DNA from: Bacteroidales bacterium
GTDB taxonomy: Bacteria > Bacteroidota > Bacteroidia > Bacteroidales > UBA12077
Assembly (NCBI GenBank): GCA_041686375.1
Contig: JAWLEB010000010.1
Coordinates: 15,301-79,300 of the forward strand
DNA length: 64,000 nt
Direction of reading: 5' to 3'
The notes below the pieces were generated by a model. It saw only the letters and a program-made list of their open reading frames with translations, was not told where the DNA came from and made no database searches. Within the stretch, counting starts at the first letter, position 1; each line of letters starts with the position of its first letter. A program made the position numbers and the translations under genes. Shown piece by piece: positions 1-9,994 of this stretch.

Positions 1-1207
1 CTTCCATATCATTATAAAAAAACGGCATATTGTCAAAGAAGTTATATTTCACGCCCGTATTATAATACGTTGAAGATGTCAGATTACCTTTAATTCCTGC
101 ATAAAATATCATTTTGTTATTGGTATTCTCTACCCTCAGACCCGGAATAATGAACGGATTTTCGAGCGTTGATCGGTAATAACTATTAAAATCAATATTG
201 CCATCTATTCCTCCATAGGGAATAATATACTGGTTTACAATATCATACTCCATTTCAGCAACCGGATATAGCCGTAATTTTGTATTTTCATTCACTGCAT
301 CTGCCACAAAATTAATCCCTCCTTTTAATTTCCAGTTATCATCAAATTTAGCTATCGTCGGTTTAAAATGAAATAAAGTATTGGTCCCGGTATCCAGCGG
401 TGATTCATACATAAGGTAATCAAAACCCGTACTAAGTGCTACAATGTTATTATCAATAAATTTATCGAGGTCAACATTAATACCCACAATGTCTTCATTC
501 GTATCAAATTTATCGTCAACATGGTCGTAGGTAAAATTAAAATCATAGTTTAAATGAGCAGAATCAGTGTAAGTAGAGTTAAACCCTATATCAGCATTCA
601 ACCGAAGATAATTTTGCTTAATATCACTTTTATTCAATGCAGTATCAGCAGAAACGTCATATCCATAAAAGTATCGTGTGTTGTTTTTTAGTCCAAGGTC
701 ACCCTCCAGAACTGAATTGTTGAAAAATCGTTTCCCGAATAATTTTATCTGATTATCGCTATATCCGGCAAAAGTCTCATTACCTTGTGGTAACAGAACA
801 TTTCCGTCCGAGGAATTATGCTTGAAATAAGCGCCCAGCATCCTATCCTCGGATCTTTTAGTACCAATATGAAATTCAACAACGGGAGAAAATTTACTTC
901 CCATTCCCACTTTAACATAGTTCGGGTAAAGCTGGGTCAATGGTTCCCCGACCATAGAAGCCGCCGGGACCGGAGCAAGCTCAAATTCAGTCTTTGCCCT
1001 CTTAGGTAACAAGTCATAGTCAAAAGAAATCTCTGTTACAGTCGTATCGGTAATTTCAGGCAGTTCACTTATTTTATTTACTCTCTCAACCTTTGGCTTA
1101 TAGGCTTTTACTACTTGTACCTGTTTGGAAATATCTTCTTGCCCATAAAGAAAATGGATTGAAAAAATCAACACAACGACAAGTATTATAACATTCCTAA
1201 TTTTCAT
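1..1207 (-). CDS. putative outer-membrane beta-barrel (porin-like) protein, partial; C-terminus lies beyond window start
   Basis: Absent from the ORF track because there is no stop in the window. Reading the minus strand from ATG (plus-strand CAT 1205-1207) gives MKIRNVIILVVVLIFSIHFLYGQEDISKQVQVVKAYKPK... (signal peptide). The frame stays open to position 1. Composition is Y/N/D/F/G-rich and beta-strand-like. It lies 95 nt downstream of the TPR gene on the same strand. Confidence 0.6.
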   Translation of the reverse strand, partial: MKIRNVIILVVVLIFSIHFLYGQEDISKQVQVVKAYKPKVERVNKISELPEITDTTVTEISFDYDLLPKRAKTEFELAPVPAASMVGEPLTQLYPNYVKVGMGSKFSPVVEFHIGTKRSEDRMLGAYFKHNSSDGNVLLPQGNETFAGYSDNQIKLFGKRFFNNSVLEGDLGLKNNTRYFYGYDVSADTALNKSDIKQNYLRLNADIGFNSTYTDSAHLNYDFNFTYDHVDDKFDTNEDIVGINVDLDKFIDNNIVALSTGFDYLMYESPLDTGTNTLFHFKPTIAKFDDNWKLKGGINFVADAVNENTKLRLYPVAEMEYDIVNQYIIPYGGIDGNIDFNSYYRSTLENPFIIPGLRVENTNNKMIFYAGIKGNLTSSTYYNTGVKYNFFDNMPFFYNDME

Positions 1208-1302
1208 AGTTTGATGTGATTTAATATCATTATTTTTTTTCTTATATCTCCCATTCAATCAGCATTATTCATAAATAAATAAAGTGGGTCAAATGCTGAA
1301 TA

Positions 1303-4300
1303 TCAATTGCTGCTATCCGAATCTCCTGTATCACCTTCATCAGGGAACTGAATTTCCACATTTTCAATACTGTCACTATCCATCTCAAATTTTTCCTGCT
1401 CTATAATCTCATTATATTTTTCCTTTGCAAGCTCAATAATATCATCGTCATCATCAACAGGCTCATAATTTTCCACTATACTCTTCAATGTATGCTTCGC
1501 CTGAAAACTATCCTCCATAGCCAAATACACATCAGCCAAAAGTATAAAGCTCCTTGCTTTCCAATATTCCTGTGATGAATTTTGCTCTATGAAATCTAAT
1601 ATCTCATTTTCAGCAACTTCCCATTCTTCTTGTTTAAAATATATTTCAGCGATAAGATATCTGGCCTCTGCCCCCTCTTTGCTATTAACTTCCTCTGCAA
1701 TTCTTTGTAATTCTTTTCGTGCCCGTTGATACTCTTCCAGCTCAAATAGGGACTTCCCCTTAATATACAACGCTTCCCGCTGTAATCTGTCGCTTATTTT
1801 GTCAGTATGTAAGACTTTATCAGCGGCATCCACTGCTTTATCGTAATCTCCAAAGTCGTACAGTATTCTCATCTGCCCAGTTCTTGCATCCATGATATTG
1901 GCACTTTCTTCAGCTTCTTTTTCTAATCGTTCGTAAAGCTCAAGCGCCTCCTCATAGTTATCGTTATCATAATATATTCCCGCTGCAGCTGCCAAGGACT
2001 GCTCTGTATACTCATTACGGCTTCTATCAATTACATATTCGTAATGTTCCAGTGCCTTATCAAACTCATCATTTCGATGGTAACAGTCAGCCATATAAAA
2101 ATGAGCATTTACTGTAAAGGCCCCATTTCTAAAATTGCGCAGATACTTTTGAAAAGACTGAATTGCCTTATCACATCCCTGCTCCATATAAGTTCTTTCA
2201 GCCGAGGTATAAGTTAGTGAATCCTGTTCCCCTGAACTAACTTCAGCAAAATCATCATCCAGGCCGTCAACGTATGTAACATAATCATCTACGCGGTCCA
2301 TGTCTACGTATACATTCTTTAAGCCATTTAAAGCATTTTTAGCTTCTGCTGTACCTGGGTATTCAGCAATAACTCGCTTAAGATACTCAATAGCCTCTTC
2401 ATTTTCATTTTGTGCATAATGAATAAGTCCCAACTGTACCAAAGCACGTTTCACATATTGACTGGATGAATATTCATCGACTAACTTTTCAAAATATTCA
2501 ATAGCCCTCTCGGGATTATCAATATCCATATAGCTTCTTCCAATCTCAAAATGGGCATCGTCTGAATAATTTGACTGGGGGTACTTATCAATTAATGTTT
2601 GGAGGCTACTAATTTGTTGATCGTGTTGTCCTTGCAATCCCATTGCAATTGAACTCTGAAACATAGCATAATCCTGGTCCCATACATTCACTTCAAGCGC
2701 CTGGTTATAATTCGCCACAGCCAGAGAAAAACTTCTTCTCAGGAAGTAGCAATCTCCCAGACGAATGTATGTATCCGCAAGATATTTGGGTTCTTTCGAT
2801 CTGCTCAGATTAATGAATTTACGGAACCATTCAATCGCCTCCGGGTATTTTTTTTGCTGAAAATAGGCATATCCCAGATTATAATGTGCCTTGTCATACA
2901 CTGGTGTTGAAAAAGCCCCTGGCAACATCAGAAAAGAATTATAACTAGCCGCAGCATCTTCGTATTTCTCTAATTGGTAATATGATTCAGCTCTCCAATA
3001 TTGTGTCAGAGCCGCAATATTTTTGTCATATTGCTCATACTGCAATGATTTGTTAAAAACCAGAATGGCTTCGTCATAATGTCTATTATTATATAATTCC
3101 AATGCCCTGAAATAAGCAACTTTTTGGTATGCCTTTTCCAGTGAAACATCCATATCATCAACCTGTTCCAGTGATTTTAACGCATCTTGATAATTATTTG
3201 AATTTAAATAGGCCTGTACAAGATAGTTATATGCTTCATCAATATTATCCGAGTCCGGGTATTTTTCTATATAATCCTTGAAAGCATTAATTGCGGCATT
3301 AAAAGGTGTATTTCTGAGCTGGAAAGTAATTTTTGCATAATTAAACAATGCATTCTCCTTAATTTCAGGATCATGATCCAATTTTGAAGCGAATTCAAAA
3401 GCCAGTTTCGCTTTATTTTCATTATTGGTATTCAAATAACAATCGGCCAAATGATAATAAGCGCTCTGTGCCAGTTCATCATCTTCATCAGTAACTTCTT
3501 CAAAATTTTCTATTGCGTTATCGTACTCTTCTAGCTTATAAGCCGTATAGCCTATCTGATAATAATCCTGGCGACTAAGTTTTTCTGATTTCTCTTTATG
3601 TAACTCCAGGTAAGTTAATGCACTGTCATAATTATTCAGGTTAACATATGAATCTCCTATAATTTTTGCAATTTCCGGCATACGCTTCGTAGTTGCCGAC
3701 TTAACATACTGGGGAGCATAATCAATTACCTCCTCAAATTTTTCCTGAAAATAGTATATCTGAGTGATATAATAAGGCATTATCGGGGCAAAAGTTTTAT
3801 TATCCATTAACTGTTTAAATCCTTCCAGAGCAGTTTGATAATTCCCGTTTTCATAGGCAATATGGGAATAATAATATAAAGCCGGGGATGAATATTTGGT
3901 GTTTTTATCTTTAATTTCGTAAAGTTCATCACTGGCATTGTTGGAACTGCCGATTTTATAATAACTATATCCCAGCTTAAAACGATATTCAGACAACACT
4001 CTATCATCTAACCGATTTGTATTAACCTTTTCAAGCCAGCGAACAACATTTTGATATTGCTCCTGCCTATATTGAAATTTACCCATATTAAAGTATGCCT
4101 GATTAACCTTTGAGCTCTCCGGATACTTTGAAATAAATTGAGAGATGAGATATTCAGCATCTTCATTGAATAATTCAATCGCGCATATAGCAATATAATA
4201 CTCTGCATTAATTCTATATTCACTACTTTCAGAAAAAGCATCCAGCACATCCTTAAATTGCTCCTGTGCTACTGCATATTTCTCTTTATCAAACAATTCC

Positions 4301-4416
4301 CTGGCTTCCTTATATTCATTCAGCGCTTCAGTATAGCCTTTATTTGCCTGACCGGCCAAAAAGGTAGGTATTGCCACAATACACAGTACGAGTAAAAATA
4401 TTTTTGCTTTTATCAT
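1303..4416 (-). CDS. large tetratricopeptide-repeat (TPR) protein with N-terminal signal sequence
   Basis: The ORF track starts at TTG 4440. The first ATG (4416) gives MIKAKIFLLVLCIVAIPTFLAGQ. The body is a long series of ~34-aa A/Y/L-patterned TPR-like repeats, ending in an acidic tail DSDSIENVEIQFPDEGDTGDSDSSN. Confidence 0.75.
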   Translation of the reverse strand: MIKAKIFLLVLCIVAIPTFLAGQANKGYTEALNEYKEARELFDKEKYAVAQEQFKDVLDAFSESSEYRINAEYYIAICAIELFNEDAEYLISQFISKYPESSKVNQAYFNMGKFQYRQEQYQNVVRWLEKVNTNRLDDRVLSEYRFKLGYSYYKIGSSNNASDELYEIKDKNTKYSSPALYYYSHIAYENGNYQTALEGFKQLMDNKTFAPIMPYYITQIYYFQEKFEEVIDYAPQYVKSATTKRMPEIAKIIGDSYVNLNNYDSALTYLELHKEKSEKLSRQDYYQIGYTAYKLEEYDNAIENFEEVTDEDDELAQSAYYHLADCYLNTNNENKAKLAFEFASKLDHDPEIKENALFNYAKITFQLRNTPFNAAINAFKDYIEKYPDSDNIDEAYNYLVQAYLNSNNYQDALKSLEQVDDMDVSLEKAYQKVAYFRALELYNNRHYDEAILVFNKSLQYEQYDKNIAALTQYWRAESYYQLEKYEDAAASYNSFLMLPGAFSTPVYDKAHYNLGYAYFQQKKYPEAIEWFRKFINLSRSKEPKYLADTYIRLGDCYFLRRSFSLAVANYNQALEVNVWDQDYAMFQSSIAMGLQGQHDQQISSLQTLIDKYPQSNYSDDAHFEIGRSYMDIDNPERAIEYFEKLVDEYSSSQYVKRALVQLGLIHYAQNENEEAIEYLKRVIAEYPGTAEAKNALNGLKNVYVDMDRVDDYVTYVDGLDDDFAEVSSGEQDSLTYTSAERTYMEQGCDKAIQSFQKYLRNFRNGAFTVNAHFYMADCYHRNDEFDKALEHYEYVIDRSRNEYTEQSLAAAAGIYYDNDNYEEALELYERLEKEAEESANIMDARTGQMRILYDFGDYDKAVDAADKVLHTDKISDRLQREALYIKGKSLFELEEYQRARKELQRIAEEVNSKEGAEARYLIAEIYFKQEEWEVAENEILDFIEQNSSQEYWKARSFILLADVYLAMEDSFQAKHTLKSIVENYEPVDDDDDIIELAKEKYNEIIEQEKFEMDSDSIENVEIQFPDEGDTGDSDSSN

Positions 4417-4924
4417 TTGAAATATTTTTTTTAAAACCAACTAATTGATGTTTTATTATACAAATAATACTATTATCAGTCTACTATAAAACAAATTCAC
4501 TATCATCCGTAATGATCAAACAAAATTACATCATCCTAACTTGAATTTGGTTAAAATTAAGATAAATCTTAAAAAGAACATGAAATGAACGAATAAATTT
4601 AATATTCAAGTATTTTTTCATCAACCAGATAAAAACAAAAATGCCTGTCTGACTATAACCGCCCTGATCTTTTAAAACTTAATTACAAATGGATATCATG
4701 ATACAAAAATCAAACCATATTTCTCCGGTAAAAAGTCTCCCTTAGGAAGGGCATGTTGGTTGACAACCATAATTAACAATTCCCGTATAGAAATTTCTAT
4801 CCTTATTACAGTTATTTTTCTCTACATTTGTAATAACAAGAATACAAATAAATACTACAAACCGTTTTTTAATACAAAAATGATACTTTTATGGTATCAT
4901 TTTTTACAACAAAACAATGATTTT

Positions 4925-5629
4925 ATGAAACCTGTTATAAAATTTGAAAATGCCAACATTTACCAAAACGAAAACCTTATTCTCAGCAATGTCGATTTAA
5001 AAATAAACCAAAATGAGTTTGTTTACTTCATAGGAAGAGTTGGCAGCGGGAAAACTTCCCTTATTAAAGTAATCAATGCTGAAATTCCATTAAAAGAAGG
5101 AGAAGGATTTGTGCTCAACTATAACTTAAAAAAATTAAAAAGAAAACATATCCCCTCTCTGAGAAGAAGATTAGGCATTGTTTTTCAGGATTTTCAGCTC
5201 CTCACAGACAGAACGGTATACGAAAATCTGCATTTTGTTTTACGGGCAACTGGCTGGAAAAATAAAGTAGAAATCAAGCAAAAGATTGATGAAGTCCTTG
5301 AAAAAGTGGAGCTAACTTATAAGGGCTACAAAATGCCTCATCAATTATCTGGGGGAGAACAGCAACGCGTGGTGATTGCCCGCGCTTTGCTGAATGACCC
5401 TGATATTATCCTGGCAGATGAACCAACAGGAAATCTGGATCCAGAAACCTCTGAAGACTTATTAAAGATACTCAAAGAAATTAATGCAAGCGGCAGAACC
5501 ATCATAATGGCCACTCATGACTATGAGCTTGTTAAAAAATTTGAAACCCGTACAATCAAATTTGAAAAGGGAAAATTACACGAAACAGATAACACCCAGG
5601 AAATTGACTTCGAAGCGCTAAAAATGTAA
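4925..5629 (+). CDS. ftsE: cell-division ABC transporter ATP-binding protein FtsE
   Basis: ATG at 4925 ([14 protein letters not shown]). Walker [13 protein letters not shown] signature LSGGEQQR, Walker [12 protein letters not shown]. About 234 aa, typical FtsE size. The upstream part of the 289-aa track ORF (TTG 4760) is low-complexity and probably untranslated. Confidence 0.8.
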   Translation: MKPVIKFENANIYQNENLILSNVDLKINQNEFVYFIGRVGSGKTSLIKVINAEIPLKEGEGFVLNYNLKKLKRKHIPSLRRRLGIVFQDFQLLTDRTVYENLHFVLRATGWKNKVEIKQKIDEVLEKVELTYKGYKMPHQLSGGEQQRVVIARALLNDPDIILADEPTGNLDPETSEDLLKILKEINASGRTIIMATHDYELVKKFETRTIKFEKGKLHETDNTQEIDFEALKM

Positions 5630-5656
5630 GATTCTGCTGTTCATTAAAAACGAACA

Positions 5657-5695
5657 TAAAAAACCAGCCCTCGATTATGAAAATCTATGGGCTGG
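5657..5695 (-). terminator. intrinsic terminator downstream of the acyl-CoA dehydrogenase gene
   Basis: CCAGCCC (5664-5670) pairs with GGGCTGG (5689-5695) around an 18-nt loop. An A6 run at 5658-5663 gives a U-tract after the hairpin on the minus strand. Confidence 0.5.
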
Positions 5696-5792
5696 ATGTG
5701 ATAGGTTATTTAAACTTAACCTGAAAGAAATTCTCAGGGCTATATACTGCTGACAATTAACATATCTCAGTATACAGCATCAACATTTACTA

Positions 5793-7583
5793 TTAAAAAC
5801 AGTATTTATTTTCTTCAATCACTTTATCAGCAATTCTTCTTCTAGTCTCTTTTACATTAAATCCAGAAACACGGGTAAGATTTTCAACGGCCTTCAATAG
5901 TTTCTCTGATAATTCATCATTTTCTATGGCATATACAGCATTCTCAGAGTGTTTCCGTATCTGGGCTGCTGCATCAAACACACATAGATCCAGGATATCG
6001 CGATACAATTTCGTCATATCGCCCGATTTACCCATAGTTTCTATCTTCTTCACCCTTAGGAAAGCCGATTCAGCAACGTAAGTCAAGGTAATGATATCAG
6101 ACAACCACATTGATATTTCCTGTTCCATGGCAAGTTTACGATCAAACTTATCTTTTGCCACTTTGAGTATCATTAAAGCCACCTTCTTGAAATTTTGAAT
6201 ATAATGAGCTTTATCTTCAAAATAACCCACAGGTGAATATTTCTCTGTGGCTAAATTATCAAGATCGTTAAGATACTCCTCCGCCTTAGCAAAGACTTCA
6301 ATTATTCCTTTTTTGCCTCGTTTAAATATTGTGTCTGTATTCCACAGTCTGTTAATCTCATTGGTACCTTCAAAAATTCTGTTTATCCTGGAGTCTCTAT
6401 ACGCTCTGTCAGCAGGCATTTCGGATGAAAAACCCATACCCCCCATTATCTGCACTTCTTCATCTACAATATAATCCAGGGATTCAGAGCTATATACTTT
6501 CATCATAGCTGCCTCAGCCTCATACTGAATAAAGCCTTCTACATTGGCTTTACCGTAATCCATTCCTTCAGAAAGATATTTTTCAATAGCTTCATCAATA
6601 TTCTTTGATGCTCTATAAGCAGCAGCTTCAGTAGTGAAAGTTTTAACAACCTGTTCTGCAAGTTTGTATTTTATGGTACCAAAATTGGATATCAGTTTGT
6701 TGAACTGCTTACGTTCATTAGCATAATTTACAGAATTATTGACTGCCAGCTTTGCAGCGCCAATAACATTTCCAGCAAGTTTTATTCTACCCATATGCAG
6801 TATATTCAGGGCAATCCGAAATCCTTCACCTCTTTTACCTAACATATTCTCCACTGGCACCTTCACATCATTATAAAAAATTTGCACTGTTGAAGAACCT
6901 TTGATTCCCATCTTCTCTTCTTCCGGATTAATGACTATACCATTCCAGTCTTTCTCCACAATAAACGCACTAAGAATCCGGTCATTTTCAATTTTTGCAA
7001 AAACGACCTGAACATCAGCGAAACCTCCGTTCGTAATCCACATCTTTTGTCCGTTCAAAATAAAATGCTTACCATCTTCAGAAAGCTCCGCTTTCGTTTT
7101 TCCCGCATTGGCATCAGAACCGGCGCCCGGCTCAGTCAGACAAAATGCGGCAGTATATTCTCCGGAAGCCAATTTTGGAAGGTACTTCTGTTTCTGCTCC
7201 TCGCTCCCATAATAGACAATCGGCAAAGAACCAATGCCTGTATGTGCCGAATAAGCAACGGAAAAAGAATATCCTGCTCCAAGCACTTCAGCAACCAGCA
7301 TTGAGGTTAAAAAAGATTGTCCGAACCCTTCATACTCCTCTGGAATAGAAATTCCAAGAAGTCCAAGTTCACCGGACTTTTTCAGAGTGCTTTCCATTAA
7401 ACCTTCTTCTTTCTTGTCAATCCGATCAACATTTGGCATAACTTCAGAATCCAGAAAATCCTGACAGGTTTGGCCAATCATTTGCTGCTCTTCATCAAAT
7501 TCTTCGGGTATAAAAATTTCGCTGTCATTGGTTTCTTTTACCAAAAACTCTCCGCCTTTTATCTTCAATTCAGATTTTTCCAT
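5793..7583 (-). CDS. long-form acyl-CoA dehydrogenase (about 600 aa, VLCAD/FadE-like with C-terminal extension)
   Basis: ACAD signature CLTEPGAGSDA. Also WITNGG, the GEGFRIA region and QIMGGMGF. Carries an extra ~180-aa C-terminal helical region. Confidence 0.88.
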   Translation of the reverse strand: MEKSELKIKGGEFLVKETNDSEIFIPEEFDEEQQMIGQTCQDFLDSEVMPNVDRIDKKEEGLMESTLKKSGELGLLGISIPEEYEGFGQSFLTSMLVAEVLGAGYSFSVAYSAHTGIGSLPIVYYGSEEQKQKYLPKLASGEYTAAFCLTEPGAGSDANAGKTKAELSEDGKHFILNGQKMWITNGGFADVQVVFAKIENDRILSAFIVEKDWNGIVINPEEEKMGIKGSSTVQIFYNDVKVPVENMLGKRGEGFRIALNILHMGRIKLAGNVIGAAKLAVNNSVNYANERKQFNKLISNFGTIKYKLAEQVVKTFTTEAAAYRASKNIDEAIEKYLSEGMDYGKANVEGFIQYEAEAAMMKVYSSESLDYIVDEEVQIMGGMGFSSEMPADRAYRDSRINRIFEGTNEINRLWNTDTIFKRGKKGIIEVFAKAEEYLNDLDNLATEKYSPVGYFEDKAHYIQNFKKVALMILKVAKDKFDRKLAMEQEISMWLSDIITLTYVAESAFLRVKKIETMGKSGDMTKLYRDILDLCVFDAAAQIRKHSENAVYAIENDELSEKLLKAVENLTRVSGFNVKETRRRIADKVIEENKYCF

Positions 7584-7605
7584 AAAAGTATATTTTATTA
7601 ATTTG

Positions 7606-8406
7606 TTAGAGATTTAAGGATTGCTCTATAATTTCGGCAATATCATAATTTTTGATTTCTTCTTCCTTGTTTTTGTATTTTAGTCCATCCGTAAACATAA
7701 CCATACAATACGGGCATGCAGTAACTATAACCTCGGCACCTGTTCTCAGTGCCTCTTCTGTTCGTTCAATAAACACCTCTTTATCTCCCTTTTCAGCCTC
7801 TTTAAACATTTGCCCGCCACCTGCGCCACAACAAAGTGCAAAGCTCCTGTTTCTTGGCATTTCAAGCTTTTTGGCAGAAACAGCTTCCAAAACCTGTCTG
7901 GGCGTATCATAAACATCATTGGCGCGTCCCAGATAACAAGGATCATGATAGGTGATTTTTTTTCCAGAAAACAAGTCAGGATCAATTTTCAACTTCCCTT
8001 CTTGAATCAATTTATATAAAAATTGTGTGTGGTGCCAAACTTTATAATTACCCCCAAAATCAGGATATTCATTCAGAAATGTATTATAGGCATGAGGATC
8101 ACAAGTGATAATTTTTTCTACACCATATCCAGTCAGTAGTTCTACATTTGTAAATGCCTGCATTTGAAACAGCATTTCATTGCCACTCCTTCTAGCAACA
8201 TCACCACTTGATGATTCTTCAGTACCCAGAACGGCATAATCAATATTCAGAAATGTTAATATTTTTATAAAAGCACGAGTTACTTTTTTATATCGATCAT
8301 CGAAAGCGCCGGGACTTCCAACCCAAACAAGATACTCCGGTTTCTTACCCTGGGCAGCCAAATCTGCCATAACTGGTACTTCAACTTTACGTTTTTCTTC
8401 TGCCAT
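7606..8406 (-). CDS. CCG-domain (HdrD/GlpC/DsrK C-terminal-like) Fe-S protein, soluble partner of the upstream membrane Fe-S protein
   Basis: The second half has a complete CCG-domain cysteine pattern: DPCYLGR ... LCCGAGGG ... ACPYCMVMF. In the first half the equivalent positions read VGSPGAF ... EESSSGD ... TCDPHAYN. Start is 23 nt downstream of the preceding gene. Confidence 0.8.
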   Translation of the reverse strand: MAEEKRKVEVPVMADLAAQGKKPEYLVWVGSPGAFDDRYKKVTRAFIKILTFLNIDYAVLGTEESSSGDVARRSGNEMLFQMQAFTNVELLTGYGVEKIITCDPHAYNTFLNEYPDFGGNYKVWHHTQFLYKLIQEGKLKIDPDLFSGKKITYHDPCYLGRANDVYDTPRQVLEAVSAKKLEMPRNRSFALCCGAGGGQMFKEAEKGDKEVFIERTEEALRTGAEVIVTACPYCMVMFTDGLKYKNKEEEIKNYDIAEIIEQSLNL

Positions 8407-8429
8407 AATGAAAATTATTTATTAAACAG

Positions 8430-9737
8430 CTATTGGTTTATATATAATTCTTTAGCCCATAACATCCGGTCTTCCTGGGAATATTGCCAAGGGGCTCCAT
8501 TGTTTTCAATATTGTTAAAAATCGCATTAAGCTCACCAGGAGCATTTGCTTCCTCCATAACCAGGTATCTTCGCATCTCGACAATTAATGTAGGTTGATT
8601 AATATTAATAGGACACTCCTGGGCACATGCATTACAGGTTGTACAGGCCCATAATTCAGCTTCAGAGATATAATCTTTAATCAAGGATTTCCCATCATCA
8701 AAATTCTTGCCCTTTTTCAACATTTCCGGGCCTTTCTCCGCCATCCTGGCTCTCAAATCCATAATTAACTTCCGGGGTGAAAGATCTTTGCCTGTAATAT
8801 TTGCCGGGCAAACTGAGGTACATCGTCCACATTGAGTACAGGACAATGAATCAAGATAATTTTTCCAGGTTACATCTTCAACATCTTTGAGACCAAAACG
8901 CTGAACATCCTCTTCTGTATGCTCTTCATCATTCTCAACACCAAGCATCATTTTTACCTCTTTTTTGATATCTTCCATCGTATCTAGTTTTCCTAATGGT
9001 TCCAAACGACTAAGGAATACATTAGGCGCCGACATGAATACGTGAAAATGCTTTGAATAAGGAAGGTAGTTAACAAAAAAGAATATCAGTAAAATATGTA
9101 CCCACCAATTTGCTTCATGCCATATATATAACTGTTGTTCAGTAAGATGAGAAAACAGGCCTGCAAAATGCTCACTTACAGGGAATATTCCATGTACAAC
9201 CTCGCCTGTTGCAGATGCATGCTGCACATAAAAAGTATTCATCCCTAATAAGCTAATCATAAGAAGCAGTATAAGCGACAATGCAAAATTTGCATCCACA
9301 TGGCTTTTACGTTTCATCTCACTACCCTGAAAACGCTGAACATGCAGGAATATACGGCGTATTAAAAACGCAATTATGGCAACGGCTATAATCAAAGCAA
9401 AAACATCCCCGGCACCTATAATGATATCATATACTACCCCAAGAATATGGAAGACTCTTTCAGTATCCGTAATACCATCTACAACCATTTCAATGCTTCC
9501 TATCAGGATAATACAAAAACCCCAGAAAACCAGTGCATGTAGAAAACCAATCAATGGAAAACGAAATATTTTTGTCTGCCCAAAAACAACCTCCATGGTA
9601 ATCTTAAGGCGCTTACCAAAATTTTTTACTGGGAAAGCTGGCTTCGTAAGTTTAAAAAGGGCTATTAAACGATAGACTGTATAGGCAAATACTGCCAGCG
9701 TTATTAATAAAACAGCTATAAATATAATTTGTTTCAT
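8430..9737 (-). CDS. integral-membrane (NarI/DsrM/HdrE-like, His-containing helices) protein fused to a 2x[4Fe-4S] ferredoxin domain; putative ETF-linked quinone oxidoreductase subunit
   Basis: About 5 predicted TM helices carrying conserved-looking His residues (FLHALVFWGF, WWVHILLIFFFVNYLPYSKHFHVF). These are followed by CTQCGRCTSVCP and CTTCNACAQECP. Confidence 0.75.
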   Translation of the reverse strand: MKQIIFIAVLLITLAVFAYTVYRLIALFKLTKPAFPVKNFGKRLKITMEVVFGQTKIFRFPLIGFLHALVFWGFCIILIGSIEMVVDGITDTERVFHILGVVYDIIIGAGDVFALIIAVAIIAFLIRRIFLHVQRFQGSEMKRKSHVDANFALSLILLLMISLLGMNTFYVQHASATGEVVHGIFPVSEHFAGLFSHLTEQQLYIWHEANWWVHILLIFFFVNYLPYSKHFHVFMSAPNVFLSRLEPLGKLDTMEDIKKEVKMMLGVENDEEHTEEDVQRFGLKDVEDVTWKNYLDSLSCTQCGRCTSVCPANITGKDLSPRKLIMDLRARMAEKGPEMLKKGKNFDDGKSLIKDYISEAELWACTTCNACAQECPININQPTLIVEMRRYLVMEEANAPGELNAIFNNIENNGAPWQYSQEDRMLWAKELYINQ

Positions 9738-9945
9738 TTAGATAAAGTTAGATTATTAGTTTAATACTCTGAGACTTCATGCTACAAATGTCAACGTAAG
9801 TTCATTCTTCATCCCATGGAACCCTCATGCTTTGTCTACCGACAGGTACGGGTTTATACTTAGGCTTTTGTCTATGTTAGTAGATGAGGGTTTCATATGT
9901 CTGATTTTTTATGTCAAATTCATTGTCAACTATTGGCTGTTTATT

Positions 9946-9979
9946 AAAAAAATGGCAACAGAAATAAATCTGCTGCCAT
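9946..9979 (-). terminator. intrinsic terminator after etfA
   Basis: ATGGCAACAG (9952-9961) pairs with CTGCTGCCAT (9970-9979) with 1 mismatch and an 8-nt loop. The A-run at 9946-9951 gives a U-tract on the minus strand. Confidence 0.55.
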
Positions 9980-9994
9980 TCGTATATTTTTTTA

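Noticed and set aside
4760-4924. 55-codon N-terminal extension of the ftsE ORF (TTG start, MTTIINNSRIEISILITVIFLYICNNKNTNKYY...).
   Set aside because: The extension is low-complexity and non-ABC-like. It contains a -7 box and a terminator-like hairpin. The canonical FtsE length is obtained from ATG 4925.
4925-5629. ftsE without an adjacent ftsX; the downstream gene is a convergent acyl-CoA dehydrogenase.
   Set aside because: As far as I recall, separation of ftsE and ftsX is common outside Proteobacteria and Firmicutes. Nothing in the sequence suggests gene loss or rearrangement, and it cannot be assessed without the rest of the genome.
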